A stretch of DNA of 64,000 bases from contig CAVVPN010000012.1 in the NCBI GenBank assembly GCA_963750165.1, positions 416,001 to 480,000 on the forward strand, in the 5' to 3' direction. The DNA is from an uncultured Gemmataceae bacterium. GTDB taxonomy: Bacteria; Planctomycetota; Planctomycetia; Gemmatales; Gemmataceae. Both the position numbers and the translations under genes were made by a program. Numbering within the stretch: position 1 is the first letter of the stretch; every line of letters begins with the position of its first letter. The notes beneath the pieces are model-generated. The model was not told the DNA's origin. It was given only the letters and a program-made list of their open reading frames with translations, and did no database searches. This document shows, piece after piece, positions 1-10,201 of the stretch.

Positions 1-78
1 TGCAGATTGCAGATTGCAGATTGAAAGACTGGAACCCTCTGTCTTTCAATTTGCAATCTGCAATCTGCAATCTGCAAT
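1..78. repeat. Inverted repeat built from TGCAGAT/ATCTGCA heptamers, truncated by window edge
   Basis: TGCAGATTGCAGATTGCAGATTGAAAGAC (1-29), 11-nt loop, GTCTTTCAATTTGCAATCTGCAATCTGCAATCTGCAAT (41-78). Confidence 0.9.
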
Positions 79-91
79 CGATTTTAGCCCG

Positions 92-1345
92 TCATTCTTG
101 CGTCAGCTCCTTTTCGATCATGGCGGGGACGCGGAAGGCGATGACGGAGAACCAGATCAGCTGCCCCACGAAAAAGCACGTGGCCAGGACGTACAGGACG
201 CGGCAGAGGATGACCAGCACGTCCGACGTGCCGGTGTTGGCGATCAGGAAGTAGCAGATCTGCATGAACCCCTGAGCCGCCGCCAGCTGCAGCATGCTTT
301 TGGCCCGTTGGTCCAGGTCGTCGTTCTTCATCGACAGGCCGATGGCCCGCAAGAAGGCGGCGAAGAGCAGCGGCTGGACAAAACCCAGCAGCAGGAAGAT
401 CAGGGAGAAGAAGCACTCCCAGAAGGGGCCGTCGCTCCAGAACTCCTGCAGCGGCATCATGCGCTCCATGTTGACCGGCGCCATGGCCACCTCGGGGGTC
501 ACGTACATCCAGAGCATGGCGTTCATGACGCCGGTGAGCGGCAGCAGTTTGAACACCAGGCGAATGATCAGGTCAGCCGCCCCCACCGAAATGAGGGCGA
601 TGGCTATTCCCTTGGTGCCGAAGCGCGGCGGCACCGGCAGGGCAATGACCGCGCCGACCATCAGCGTGATGACGGTGATGAGCATGAAGATTTCGGCGAT
701 GCGCCACAGCCACAGCGCCGCCTCCATCATGCCGCTGCCGAACATCAGGTTGACCGCGAAGGCGGCGGTGCCCAGGTAACTGTCGCCCAGGTCGGCCTCG
801 GTCTTGTTGTTGCGGGCGTCCAGCGTGTTGACGTAGCGCTGCGCCGGGGTGGCGTAATCCGGCGGCGTCCGATCCTCGGGAGCGGTACACAGGTACTGGA
901 TATCGACGATCCAGAATGGAATCAGGTGCAGCAGAATGGCCAGCAGCCAGATCAGGTAGCCGATGCCGATGATTTGTAGACCGAGTTTGACCGACTGCCA
1001 CTTCTCCGGTTCCAGCAGCGTTTTCTGCTGCACAGCCTTTTCGCGTTTGCGCAACTTGATCCTGCCCGGCTTGTCGTCGTCATCATCGTCCTCGTCCTTG
1101 GCGCCGGGGCGGATCGGTGCGGTGAGGTCCACCTTGGGAGCGACGTGAACGGGTTCGTCCGCGAGGCCGTACCCCGAGGCGTCGTCCTCGTCATCCTCCG
1201 CCTGCTTGACGGGCTCCTCCTCGGCGCCGGGCACGGTCAGGCCCTCGCCGCACTTCGGGCACTTGGCTTTGCGGCCTGCTTTTTCCGTACCGATTTTCAG
1301 GACGTGCTGACACCTGGCACAACGAAAGGTGATTAACTCGGCCAT
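92..1345 (-). CDS. Zinc-ribbon domain membrane protein
   Basis: ATG at 1345 gives MAELITFRCARC..CPKC (two CxxC), an acidic linker, then several hydrophobic helices. Confidence 0.8.
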   Translation of the reverse strand: MAELITFRCARCQHVLKIGTEKAGRKAKCPKCGEGLTVPGAEEEPVKQAEDDEDDASGYGLADEPVHVAPKVDLTAPIRPGAKDEDDDDDDKPGRIKLRKREKAVQQKTLLEPEKWQSVKLGLQIIGIGYLIWLLAILLHLIPFWIVDIQYLCTAPEDRTPPDYATPAQRYVNTLDARNNKTEADLGDSYLGTAAFAVNLMFGSGMMEAALWLWRIAEIFMLITVITLMVGAVIALPVPPRFGTKGIAIALISVGAADLIIRLVFKLLPLTGVMNAMLWMYVTPEVAMAPVNMERMMPLQEFWSDGPFWECFFSLIFLLLGFVQPLLFAAFLRAIGLSMKNDDLDQRAKSMLQLAAAQGFMQICYFLIANTGTSDVLVILCRVLYVLATCFFVGQLIWFSVIAFRVPAMIEKELTQE

Positions 1346-1434
1346 CACGTCACCCCAGCTACGCGCGCACCCCGGATTGGATTGTAAAGGAAACTCTAGC
1401 CAGGCCGCCAGGGGAAAGCAACCGCATCTTGCCG

Positions 1435-1493
1435 TCGGAGCCCGAGCGCCAGCGCAGGGCAGTGTGGCCGCCTCGCTGGCGCTCGGGCTCCGA
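1435..1493. repeat. REP-like palindrome, GGAGCCCGAGCGCCAGCG family
   Basis: Arms GGAGCCCGAGCGCCAGCG / CGCTGGCGCTCGGGCTCC; second copy at 29651-29704. Confidence 0.85.
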
Positions 1494-1529
1494 GCGCTCG
1501 CCAAAACGCGACGGCGCCGCGCATTTCGC

Positions 1530-1583
1530 TTGACGAAACCACCGCTGTTAGCCTAGACTTATCACGGACATAGCCTGACCTAA
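1530..1583 (+). promoter_or_regulatory. Sigma70-like promoter overlapped by two DtxR/MntR-type operator boxes
   Basis: TTGACG (1530-1535)-N18-TAGACT (1554-1559); imperfect TTAG-N6-CTAA palindromes TTAGCCTAGACTTA (1548-1561) and ATAGCCTGACCTAA (1570-1583), 22 bp apart. Confidence 0.7.
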
Positions 1584-1623
1584 ATAAGCTGTTAGCTCCT
1601 GTGTGCGGCGAAGGATGACATTT

Positions 1624-2595
1624 ATGATCGGGAAACGCGGTCTCTGCTGGGGGTTCCTGGGTCTGCTAATCGTCGCGGCCCTGGGCTGCGGCGACGGCAA
1701 CGGTACTGGCCACGGCAAGAACTGGGGCCGCGGCCCGGTGGTTGTGGAGCGCAAGCACCAGGGCAGCTATCCGATTCAGGTGACGTGTACGACCGGCATG
1801 GTCGCGGACCTGGTGCGGCACATCGGCGGCGACCGCGTGGCGGTGACGGCGCTGATGGGCGCCGACGTCGATCCGCACACCTACCGCGCCGCCGCCGGCG
1901 ATGTGTCGAAGCTCAACAGCGCTGACCTGATCTTCTATTCCGGCCTGCACCTCGAAGGCAAGATGAGCGACATCTTCGAGCGCCTGGCCCGCAACAAGCC
2001 GACATTCCCGGTCGCGGAGTACCTGGACGAGAGCGATTTGCGCATCCGAGATGATGCGGCCGACCCGCACGTCTGGTTCGACGTATCGCTGTGGAGCCGC
2101 TGCGCCGGCGTGGTGCGTGACGTGCTGGAGCAGTACGACCCCGAGCACGCCAGCGAGTACCGCGCCCGGGCGGAGGCATATCAAAAGGAACTGGCCCAGC
2201 TGCACGCCCATGCGAAGGCGCAGCTCGCGACCATACCGAAGGAGCGGCGCGTGCTCATCACGTCGCATGACGCCTTCCATTACTTCGGCCGTGCCTACGA
2301 TTTGGAGGTGCGCGGCATCCAGGGCATTTCGACCGATGCGGAGGCCAGCGTCAAGGACGTGAATGACCTGGTGGACTTCATTTCGCGTCGGAACGTGAAG
2401 GCGGTGTTCGTCGAGAGCAGCGTCAACAAGCGCAACATGGAGGCGCTGCGCGAGGGTTGCCGGGCACGCGGCCATCAGGTGGTGATCGGCGGCGAACTGT
2501 TCTCCGATGCGATGGGGCCGGAGGGGACGCCGACCGGCAACTACATCGGCATGGTGCGGCACAATGTCGAGACGATCGTGGGGGCGCTGAAATGA
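1624..2595 (+). CDS. Mn/Zn/Fe ABC transporter substrate-binding lipoprotein (TroA/MntA-like)
   Basis: Lipobox ALGC; DPHTY, GLHLE, DPHVW, HDAFHYF, ELFSD motifs; start could be 1615. Confidence 0.95.
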   Translation: MIGKRGLCWGFLGLLIVAALGCGDGNGTGHGKNWGRGPVVVERKHQGSYPIQVTCTTGMVADLVRHIGGDRVAVTALMGADVDPHTYRAAAGDVSKLNSADLIFYSGLHLEGKMSDIFERLARNKPTFPVAEYLDESDLRIRDDAADPHVWFDVSLWSRCAGVVRDVLEQYDPEHASEYRARAEAYQKELAQLHAHAKAQLATIPKERRVLITSHDAFHYFGRAYDLEVRGIQGISTDAEASVKDVNDLVDFISRRNVKAVFVESSVNKRNMEALREGCRARGHQVVIGGELFSDAMGPEGTPTGNYIGMVRHNVETIVGALK

Positions 2596-3362
2596 TCGGC
2601 GACCCGATCCTGGATGTGCATGACGTGACTGTGGCCTATCAACGGCAGCCGGTACTGTGGAACGTCGATCTGACGCTGCGCGAACCGAAGCTGGTGGGCG
2701 TCATCGGTCCCAACGGGGCCGGCAAGAGTACGCTGCTCAAGGCGATCCTCGGCCTGGTGCCGCTGGCAGGCGGCGCGGTGCGGTTGTTCGGTGAGCCGGT
2801 GGCGCAGGCGCGACGGCGGATCGGCTACGTGCCGCAGCGCGAGAGCGTTGATTGGGACTTTCCGGTCAACGTACTGGACGTGGTGCTGATGGGCACCTAT
2901 GGCGAACTGGGCTGGTTCCGCCGGCCGGGCGCGGCACAACGGGCGTGGGCGCGGCAGTGCCTGGAGCGCGTTGGCCTGCGCGACCTGGAGCGACAGCAGA
3001 TCGGCCAGCTATCCGGCGGCCAGCAACAGCGCACGTTCCTGGCGCGGGCGCTGGCGCAGAAGGCGGACGTGTACTTCATGGATGAGCCAATGGCCGGCGT
3101 CGATGCGGCGACGGAGCGGACCATTTTCGAGTTGCTCAAGGAGCTGCGCGCCCAGGGCAAGACGGTGCTGGTGGTTCACCATGACCTGCGGAGCGTGCCG
3201 GACTACTTCGATCATGTGGTGCTGCTGAACGTGCGGCTGGTGGCGAGCGGGCCGACGGCGGCGGTGTTCACCGAGGAGAATCTGCGGCGGACCTACGGCG
3301 GCCGGCTGGCGGTGCTGGAGCGGGCCGCGGTGGCGGTGCGCGCCGGGGAGCCGGCGCCATGA
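2592..3362 (+). CDS. Metal ABC transporter ATP-binding protein (TroB-like)
   Basis: [30 protein letters not shown] overlap with upstream stop. Confidence 0.95.
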   Translation: MIGDPILDVHDVTVAYQRQPVLWNVDLTLREPKLVGVIGPNGAGKSTLLKAILGLVPLAGGAVRLFGEPVAQARRRIGYVPQRESVDWDFPVNVLDVVLMGTYGELGWFRRPGAAQRAWARQCLERVGLRDLERQQIGQLSGGQQQRTFLARALAQKADVYFMDEPMAGVDAATERTIFELLKELRAQGKTVLVVHHDLRSVPDYFDHVVLLNVRLVASGPTAAVFTEENLRRTYGGRLAVLERAAVAVRAGEPAP

Positions 3363-4276
3363 GCGACTGGCTGCCGTACAACACGCTGCTGGTGCTGGTG
3401 GGCGTCAGCCTGCTGGGAGCCGGGGCGGGCGTGGTCGGCGTCTTCGGCGTGCTGCGGCGGCGAGCGCTGACCGGCGACGCGCTGGCGCACGCGTCGCTGC
3501 CGGGCGTGTGCCTGGCGTTCCTGCTGCTGGGCGACCGCAATTTGGCGGCGATGCTGCTGGGGGCACTGGGCACGGGCGTGCTCGGCGTCGTCATCATCAC
3601 GCTGTTGCGGCGGCGGACGCGCGTCAAGGAGGACGCGGCCATCGGTACGGTGCTGAGCGTGTTTTTCGGCCTCGGCCTGGTGCTGATGAAGGCGGTCGAA
3701 CGGCGGCCGAGCAGCGGCAAGGCGGGCCTACATGCGTACATCCTCGGCAAGACCGCCGGCATGACGCTGGAGGATGTGTATCTGATCGGCGGCCTGTCGC
3801 TGGCGGCGCTGCTGACGGTGGTGCTGCTCTACAAGGAATTCCAGCTGGTGGCGTTCGACCCGGCGTTCGCGCAGGTGCAGGGCTGGCCGGTGACGCGGCT
3901 GGATCTGCTGCTGATGCTGCTGATTGCCGTGGCGGTGGTGGTTGGGCTGCCAGCGGTCGGCGTGCTGATGATCGCGGCGTTGTTAATCATCCCGGCCGCG
4001 GCGGCGCGCTTCTGGACGGAGCGGCTCGGCCGACTGCTGGTGCTGGCGGCGCTGTTCGGCGTGGCCTCGGGCGTGGTCGGCGCGCTGGTCAGCGCCCGCG
4101 TGGAACGGCTGCCGGCGGGGCCGACGATCATCCTGACGGCGAGCGGTTTGTTTCTGGCATCGCTGCTGCTGGGGCCGCGCCGCGGCGTGCTGGGGCGCTG
4201 GCTGGCGCAGCGGCGCTTCCGACGGCGGCTGGCGCACGGCGACGTGACCGTCCGCACCACGGTAGATTTCCCATGA
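3359..4276 (+). CDS. Metal ABC transporter permease (TroC-like, ABC-3)
   Basis: [32 protein letters not shown] overlap. Confidence 0.95.
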   Translation: MSDWLPYNTLLVLVGVSLLGAGAGVVGVFGVLRRRALTGDALAHASLPGVCLAFLLLGDRNLAAMLLGALGTGVLGVVIITLLRRRTRVKEDAAIGTVLSVFFGLGLVLMKAVERRPSSGKAGLHAYILGKTAGMTLEDVYLIGGLSLAALLTVVLLYKEFQLVAFDPAFAQVQGWPVTRLDLLLMLLIAVAVVVGLPAVGVLMIAALLIIPAAAARFWTERLGRLLVLAALFGVASGVVGALVSARVERLPAGPTIILTASGLFLASLLLGPRRGVLGRWLAQRRFRRRLAHGDVTVRTTVDFP

Positions 4277-5527
4277 CCCATGCCGCCCTGCAACAGGCCC
4301 TCTGGACGATCGCGGTTGGCGTCGTCTGTAACGTCGCCTGCGCAATCATCGGCTGTTACCTGGTGCTGCGCCGCCTCAGCCTGCTGGGCGACGCGATCAG
4401 TCACGGTGTCCTGCCGGGCATCGTTCTGGCGGTGCTGGTCAGTGGCCAGCTGACGGGCTGGCCGATCCTGGTCGGAGCGATGCTCTGCGGACTGCTCACT
4501 GCAGCGCTGACGCAGGCGCTGCAAAGTTTCGGCAAGGTGTCCGAGGACGCGAGCATGGGCGTCGTCTTCACGACGCTGTTCGCGCTGGGCGTGCTGCTGA
4601 TCTCGCGCCAGGCCACCGGCCGCGACCTCGACCTCGATTGCGTCTTCAACGGCGTGCTGGAGCTGGTCGCGGTGGACACCTTCAGCTGGCACGGCTGGCA
4701 AATCCCGCGGGCATTCCCGACGATGGCACTGGGGTTGGCCGGCACGCTGGGCCTGGTCCTGCTGTTCTGGAAGGAACTGAAAATCGTCTCGTTCGACCCG
4801 GCCCTGGCGACCGCGATGGGCTATCCCGCGGCGGCGGTGCATTACCTGCTGATGGCGCTGGTGGCGGCGGTGACGGTGACGGCGTTCGAGGCGGTCGGCT
4901 CGATTCTGGTGGTGGCGATGCTGGTGGTGCCCGCGGCGACCGCCCACCTGCTGACGGATCGGCTCTGGTTGATGATGCTACTGGCGGCGCTGCTGGCGGC
5001 GACCGCGGCGGTGCTGGGCTACGTGCTGGCGTCGGAATACGTGTTCAACTCCATCGTCTCGGCCATGATGGCGGTGGCGGCGGGAGCGCCAGTTTTTGCT
5101 GGCGGTGCTGTTCGCGCCGCGGCACGGGCTGGTGGCGCGCTGGCTGCGGAACGCCCGGCTGGCGCTGCGCATCGCCGGCGAGGACGTGCTGGCGGCGCTA
5201 TACCGGGCGGCGGAGGCGGGCTCGCCGACGGTTGGCCCACGGCCGCGGCTGGCAGCATGGTGGCTGGCGCGCCAGGGGCTGGTGCAGCGCGGTGTCGGTG
5301 GGCTGGAGCTGACCGACCAGGGCCGGCAGCGGGCGCGGTCGCTGGTGCGCTCGCACCGTTTGTGGGAAGCGTACCTCGGCGAGAACTTCGATCTGCCGCC
5401 GGACCACCTGCACGACCCCGCGACGCAAATGGAGCACTTCATCGGCCCCGATCTGCAGGGCCAGCTGGCGGCGGAACTACACAATCCCGCCCGCGACCCG
5501 CACGGCCGGCCCATCCCGCCCGGTTAG
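4273..5527 (+). CDS. Metal ABC permease (TroD-like) fused to a C-terminal DtxR/MntR-type domain; frameshift near 5090
   Basis: GDAISHGVLPG permease in frame 3508, continuing in frame 5096 with LTDQGRQRARSLVRSHRLWEAYL..HDPATQMEHF..DPHGRPIP. Confidence 0.88.
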
Positions 5528-5751
5528 TCGTCGAAGGTCAGGAACGCGAACGGCACGGCGCGGATGGCAGTACCGTCCTCGAAGAACAGGTCAGCCACCT
5601 CGACTGGCCCACGCGCCGTCTCGACCACGTAGGGCCGAAGCTGCGCCGGCACCCGGGTGCCCTTGTGAACCTCCACCCGCTCCAGGTGATGCCGCGCCGA
5701 GGTCTCCAGGTCGAGCACGAGGTTGTCCACGAACTTGATGGTGTGATACAC
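5524..5751 (-). CDS. Small hypothetical protein (75 aa)
   Basis: GTG start after a GGAGG RBS, coding-like composition (YVVETARGPVEVADLFFEDG). Confidence 0.75.
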   Translation of the reverse strand: MYHTIKFVDNLVLDLETSARHHLERVEVHKGTRVPAQLRPYVVETARGPVEVADLFFEDGTAIRAVPFAFLTFDD

Positions 5752-5843
5752 GGCCCTGCCTCCCCTTGATCGCTGTCCTTCCTGGGCGCTCGGTTCCCCC
5801 CGATTCCGGCCTGGGGGTCAAAATCATACATCTTGGAATGATG

Positions 5844-5859
5844 AGCAAACCGGATGCCG
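5844..5859 (-). promoter_or_regulatory. Putative sigma54 (-24/-12) promoter of the 75-aa gene
   Basis: Minus strand CGGCATCCGGTTTGCT, GG-N10-GC, about 90 nt upstream of the start. Confidence 0.6.
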
Positions 5860-5922
5860 AAGGGCGCCGAAGAGTGCGCCTCTTGTTTCTGTGCTTGTGC
5901 TGAAGGCGACAGGGTAGGTAGA

Positions 5923-6000
5923 GTGTGCCACTGCTTGGCCGCCCTTCTCGACCGGAAGGGATCACCCAGGGCATCACGAGGCGGCCAAGCAGTGGCACAC
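5923..6000. repeat. REP-like inverted repeat with 21-bp arms
   Basis: GTGTGCCACTGCTTGGCCGCC / GGCGGCCAAGCAGTGGCACAC. Confidence 0.85.
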
Positions 6001-6097
6001 CGAGTCTCCCTCCCCGTCCCATCCCGCAGGATTGCAGGACACCCCGCCAGCAACACGCCTTGTCGAAAACGCCGACCGCCGGTATCCTCCGCGTCGC

Positions 6098-8012
6098 ATG
6101 GACGCTCTCCCCGCAGTTCCGCTGAACCGACCCCGAACCTGGCCCTGGTGGCTGGCACTGCTGGTGCTGACCGGCTGGCAGGCGTGGATGACATTGAGCC
6201 TGTTCGGCACCGAGGCGCCGTGGCGGCGGCTGCTCGACGATGAGCCAATCGTCTCCGGCCGCCATCCGTTGCACCTGTATCACGGCCACCTCGGCGCGCA
6301 GGCGCTGCACTACACCGGCCGCTTCTGCTGCTACGACCCCGCTTTCCAGGCCGGCTACCCCAAGACGCACGTCTTCGACAACGGCAGCCGGCCCGCGGAA
6401 TTATTCCTGACGCTCGGCGGTGGCGCCTATCGACCGTCGGCCTACAAGCTCGGTCTGGCGCTGACGTGCGCGCTGGTGCCGCTGCTGCTGATGCTGGCCT
6501 GCCGCGGCGCCGGCCTGGGCGTGCCGGCGACCTGCTGGGCGACCACCGCGGGGCTGCTCGTGTGGTGGGGCGTACCCGGCCGGCGAGCGCTGGAAGCCGG
6601 CGACCTGGAACTGCTGGTGGCAGCGCTGGCGGTGCTGGCGCACGGCGGTCTGCTGCTGCGCTACGACCGTCTGCCCGGCCCGGCGGTGTGGTTCGGCCTG
6701 CTGCTGACCGGCGTCGTCGGCTGGTTCGCGCAACCGCTGGTCTTCCCGCTGCTGCTGCCGTTGCTGCTCGTCTACTACCTGACCGTCGGCGTCAAGCACG
6801 CGAGCCTGCTCTGGCACGCGGCCCTGCTGGCCGCCCAGGTCGGGGCGCTGGCGCTCAACGCCTTCTGGCTGATCGACTGGGTGCGGCACTGGTGGATTCG
6901 GCAACCGCTGCCGGGCCATCACGCCCTGCTGCCGCACCGCACATTCGGGGCGGTGTGGGCGTCGCCACTGTGGGGCGACGGGCCGGACCGTGACCTGGCA
7001 CTGCTGCTGCTGGTCGGCGCTCTGGCCGGCGTGGTGCTGCTCAACCAGACGCGGCGGCGGGCGGCGGCCCGGCTGCTCGGCCTGGGGGCGCTGATGCTGC
7101 TGGCGCTGGCGGTGCTGGGCGTCGCCTGGGAGCCGCTGGGCGAGCTGGGCACGTCGGGGTTGCTGGTGCCGGCGCTGTGGTTCGCGGCGCTGCCGGCGGG
7201 GCACGCGCTGGCGGTGCTGGGTGGCGCGGCGCAGCGGTTGCCGGGGCGCTGGCGGCACGTGACCTGGGCGGTCGTCGCGGCGCTGGCGACGGCGGTGGCA
7301 CTGCACCCGTCCGCGCAGGCGCTGGCGCGGCGCTGCGGCGCCGCCGAGCCGCTGGTGGTCGGGTTGGGGCCGGAGCGCGAGGCGCTGGTGCGGACGCTGG
7401 TGGAGAACACAGCGCCGGACGCGCAGCGTGTTGTGGGAGGACCGGCCGGTGACGCACGGGGCGTCGCGCTGGACGGCCCTGCTGCCGTTGCTGACGGATC
7501 GGCCATTCGTGGGCGGCCTGGATCCCGACGCGGAAATCGAGCACACCGCCATCGGCCTGAAGGACGGCCAGCTGTCCGGCAAGCCGATCCGCCAGTGGGG
7601 CGACGCGGCGCTGGAGGAATACTGCAAACGCTACAATATCGGTTGGGTGGTAGCGTGGTCGCCGGAGGTGGTGGAGCGGCTGCGGGCCTGGCGGCACGGC
7701 GCCCATGAGGTGGCGGACGTGCGGGACGGCGGCGCCGGTGTGCTGTTCGAGGTCCGCCGGGCGCCGCACAGTTTCGCGCTGAAGGGCAAGGCCCACGTAC
7801 TGTCGGCGGACAGCCATCACATCACGCTGCAGGACGTGGTGCCGGACAACGGCTGTGTGGTGCTGAGCCTGCACTACCAGCCCGGCCTGCGGGCGTCGCC
7901 GGGCCGCATCAAGATCGAGCGCGAACAGAACCCCAACGACCCGGTGGCGCTGGTGCGGCTGCGCGTCGAGGGCAACGTGCCGCGCGTGACGCTGACGTGG
8001 CGCGACCGCTGA
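6098..8012 (+). CDS. Polytopic membrane protein, possibly GT-C fold glycosyltransferase-like; frameshift near 7425
   Basis: YDPAFQAGYPK loop after the first TM, many TM helices, soluble C-terminus in frame 7428. Confidence 0.65.
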
Positions 8013-8036
8013 CGGCGCCGGGTGGCCCCGTTTCTC

Positions 8037-8160
8037 GCGCGGTTCGCGTTTGGGTAGCGCACAAGTTGTGGGACGGCTCTCCAGAGCCGTCAGCGTTCTC
8101 CCGACGGCTCTGGAGAGCCGTCCCACGACTTGTAGTCCACGCGACTGGGAACCGCTCTAG
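8037..8160. repeat. REP doublet (GACGGCTCTCCAGAGCCGTC family) flanked by GCGGTT..AACCGCTCTAG ends
   Basis: Inverted pair at about 8064-8131; right end matches the ends of the 291-bp element at 38958 and 46365. Confidence 0.8.
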
Positions 8161-8205
8161 TTTCGCGCAGGCAGAGTCCGCGCGAAACGTAAACGGAGTG
8201 AGTTC

Positions 8206-9258
8206 ATGACCGCATCCGCCATCGTCGGCGCCGTTTTGGGCACGGCCGTCGGCGACGCCCTGGGACTGCCCTACGAGAACCTGTCGCGGCGCCGCGCCCT
8301 GCGGCTGCTGGGCGAACCGGAGTGCTACCGCTTCCTGTTCGGCCGCGGCATGGTGTCCGACGACACCGAACACACCTGCATGGTCGCGCAAGCGCTGACC
8401 GCCAGCGGCGGCGATGCGGACGCCTTCGCCCGCAGCCTGGCCTGGCGGCTGCGCGGCTGGCTGCTGACGCTACCAGTGGGAGTCGGCCGGGCGACACTGC
8501 AAGCCTGCGTCAAACTCTGTCTCGGTTTCCCGCCGCGCCATAGCGGCGTCTTCTCCGCCGGCAACGGTCCCGCCATGCGCAGCGCCGTCCTCGGCGCCGC
8601 CATCGACGATCTTGGCCAGCTGCGCCGGTTGGTCGAGGTCAACACGCGCATCACCCACCGCGATCCGAAGGCCGAACATGGCGCCTTCGCTGTCGCCCTC
8701 GCCGCCCGCCTGGCCCGGCAGCAACCGCTGGTCAGCGGCACCGAATTCCTGGAGCGGCTGCGCGGGCAGTTGCAGGAGGAAGCCGCGGTGCCGTTCCTGG
8801 AGCTGGTCACCCAGGCCGTCGCCAGCGCCGCGACCGGCGCGACCACGCCGGAGTTCACGACGGCACTGGGTTGGAAGTCCGTCAGCGGTTACGTCTACCG
8901 GACGGTGCCGGCGGCGCTGCACGCCTGGCTGCGCTGGCCGCGCGACTTCCGCGCCGCGGTGACAGACGTGATCCGCTGCGGCGGCGACACCGACTCGACC
9001 GCGGCCATCGTCGGCGGCATCGTCGGTGCCGGCGTCGGCAAGGAGGGCATCCCCGCGGAGTGGCTGGCGGGGCTGTGGGAATGGCCGCGCACGGTCGTCT
9101 GGATGGAGGGGCTGGCGCGGCAACTGCACGCGGCGTTGACGGCTGGCACACCACTGCGGCCGCCGCGGCTGTTCATTCCTGGACTGCTGCTGCGGAACCT
9201 GCTATTCTTGAGCGTTGTTGTCGCACATGTGTTCCGTCGATGCCTGCCACCTTATTGA
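8206..9258 (+). CDS. ADP-ribosylglycohydrolase (DraG/ARH family)
   Basis: GDALG, SDDT, GNGPAMR, TH, GGDTDS motifs. Confidence 0.93.
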   Translation: MTASAIVGAVLGTAVGDALGLPYENLSRRRALRLLGEPECYRFLFGRGMVSDDTEHTCMVAQALTASGGDADAFARSLAWRLRGWLLTLPVGVGRATLQACVKLCLGFPPRHSGVFSAGNGPAMRSAVLGAAIDDLGQLRRLVEVNTRITHRDPKAEHGAFAVALAARLARQQPLVSGTEFLERLRGQLQEEAAVPFLELVTQAVASAATGATTPEFTTALGWKSVSGYVYRTVPAALHAWLRWPRDFRAAVTDVIRCGGDTDSTAAIVGGIVGAGVGKEGIPAEWLAGLWEWPRTVVWMEGLARQLHAALTAGTPLRPPRLFIPGLLLRNLLFLSVVVAHVFRRCLPPY

Positions 9259-10038
9259 ATGAGAGCCACCATGTTCGCGCACCGTCGTCGCTGGCACGCT
9301 GTCGGCGCTGGCCTGGTCCTTGGCGTCGCCGTCGGCGCCGTCACCCTCGCCTGCAATTCGCCGCCCAGCCAGGAGCAGGAGGCCAAACCCGTGCAGGGCC
9401 AGAAGAAACCGCCGCCCGCCGGCGACTACAAGCCGGTCGTCTTCGTCGATCTCGGCATCGTCCTGCAGACACCCAAGGAAGACAAAAAAACCGGCTTCGT
9501 CGTGGCCGGCCGCAACCCGACGTACCTGATCCGTGGCCTCAAGAAGATCAACGGCCAGTCCATCGCCACCCTGGAAAAGGACATGCGGCCGGATGCGCTG
9601 TCGAAGGCCGGTTTCCTCGGGAAGGACGAGGCGTTGCTGGACGTGCTGGCCCGCGACAACGATTACGTGGTCGAGCAACTGGGCATGTCGCACCAGGAGC
9701 TGGCCCGCCACCTGTACGCGCTGGAGGCGATCTGGCACAAGCTCGGCGGCAAGGCGACCGACAAGGAGCCGATCCGCTGCATCTACTGCAACCGTCGGTT
9801 CGAGATCACGCTGGATTTGACGCGCGGCCTTCAGAAGTCGCCGTTCCGGGACGACACCAGGACCAACGCCTACCTCAAGGCGGTAAACGTGGACAACGGT
9901 CAGAAACTGGAGTATTCGTGCCTGGTGCCGGCAATGGTCGAGCGCTACGGCTTCTACGAGGGCACGGGCACGTCCTTCCGCGTCGAGCCGAAACAGATCC
10001 TGGAAGTGTGCGATTTCCTGAAACCCGCGCCGAAGTAA
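9259..10038 (+). CDS. Hypothetical lipoprotein
   Basis: Signal peptide ending TLAC; start 9259 or 9271; K-rich codon-biased ORF. Confidence 0.75.
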   Translation: MRATMFAHRRRWHAVGAGLVLGVAVGAVTLACNSPPSQEQEAKPVQGQKKPPPAGDYKPVVFVDLGIVLQTPKEDKKTGFVVAGRNPTYLIRGLKKINGQSIATLEKDMRPDALSKAGFLGKDEALLDVLARDNDYVVEQLGMSHQELARHLYALEAIWHKLGGKATDKEPIRCIYCNRRFEITLDLTRGLQKSPFRDDTRTNAYLKAVNVDNGQKLEYSCLVPAMVERYGFYEGTGTSFRVEPKQILEVCDFLKPAPK

Positions 10039-10039
10039 T

Positions 10040-10095
10040 AAAATGTCACCACGGAGAACGCGGAGAGCTCTCCGCGTTCTCCGTGGTGACATTTT
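10040..10095. repeat. Perfect hairpin (CACCACGGAGAACGCGGAGA family), probable terminator
   Basis: AAAATGTCACCACGGAGAACGCGGAGAGCTCTCCGCGTTCTCCGTGGTGACATTTT; related to the outer arms at 40601-40778. Confidence 0.85.
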
Positions 10096-10102
10096 TACTT
10101 CA

Positions 10103-10201
10103 GGAGGCGCCGAACAACAACTTCGTAGGACGGCTCTCCAGAGCCGTCGGGACGGCTCTGGAGAGCCGTCCTACTCTTGGAAGTTGTTGTTCGGCGCCTC
10201 C
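10103..10201. mobile_element. MITE-like element, 22-bp TIR, TCA target duplication, REP doublet cargo
   Basis: TCA-GGAGGCGCCGAACAACAACTTC...GAAGTTGTTGTTCGGCGCCTCC-TCA. Confidence 0.8.

Noticed and set aside
1415..1436. Sigma54 promoter for the zinc-ribbon gene
   Set aside because: GG to GC spacing is 12, not 10
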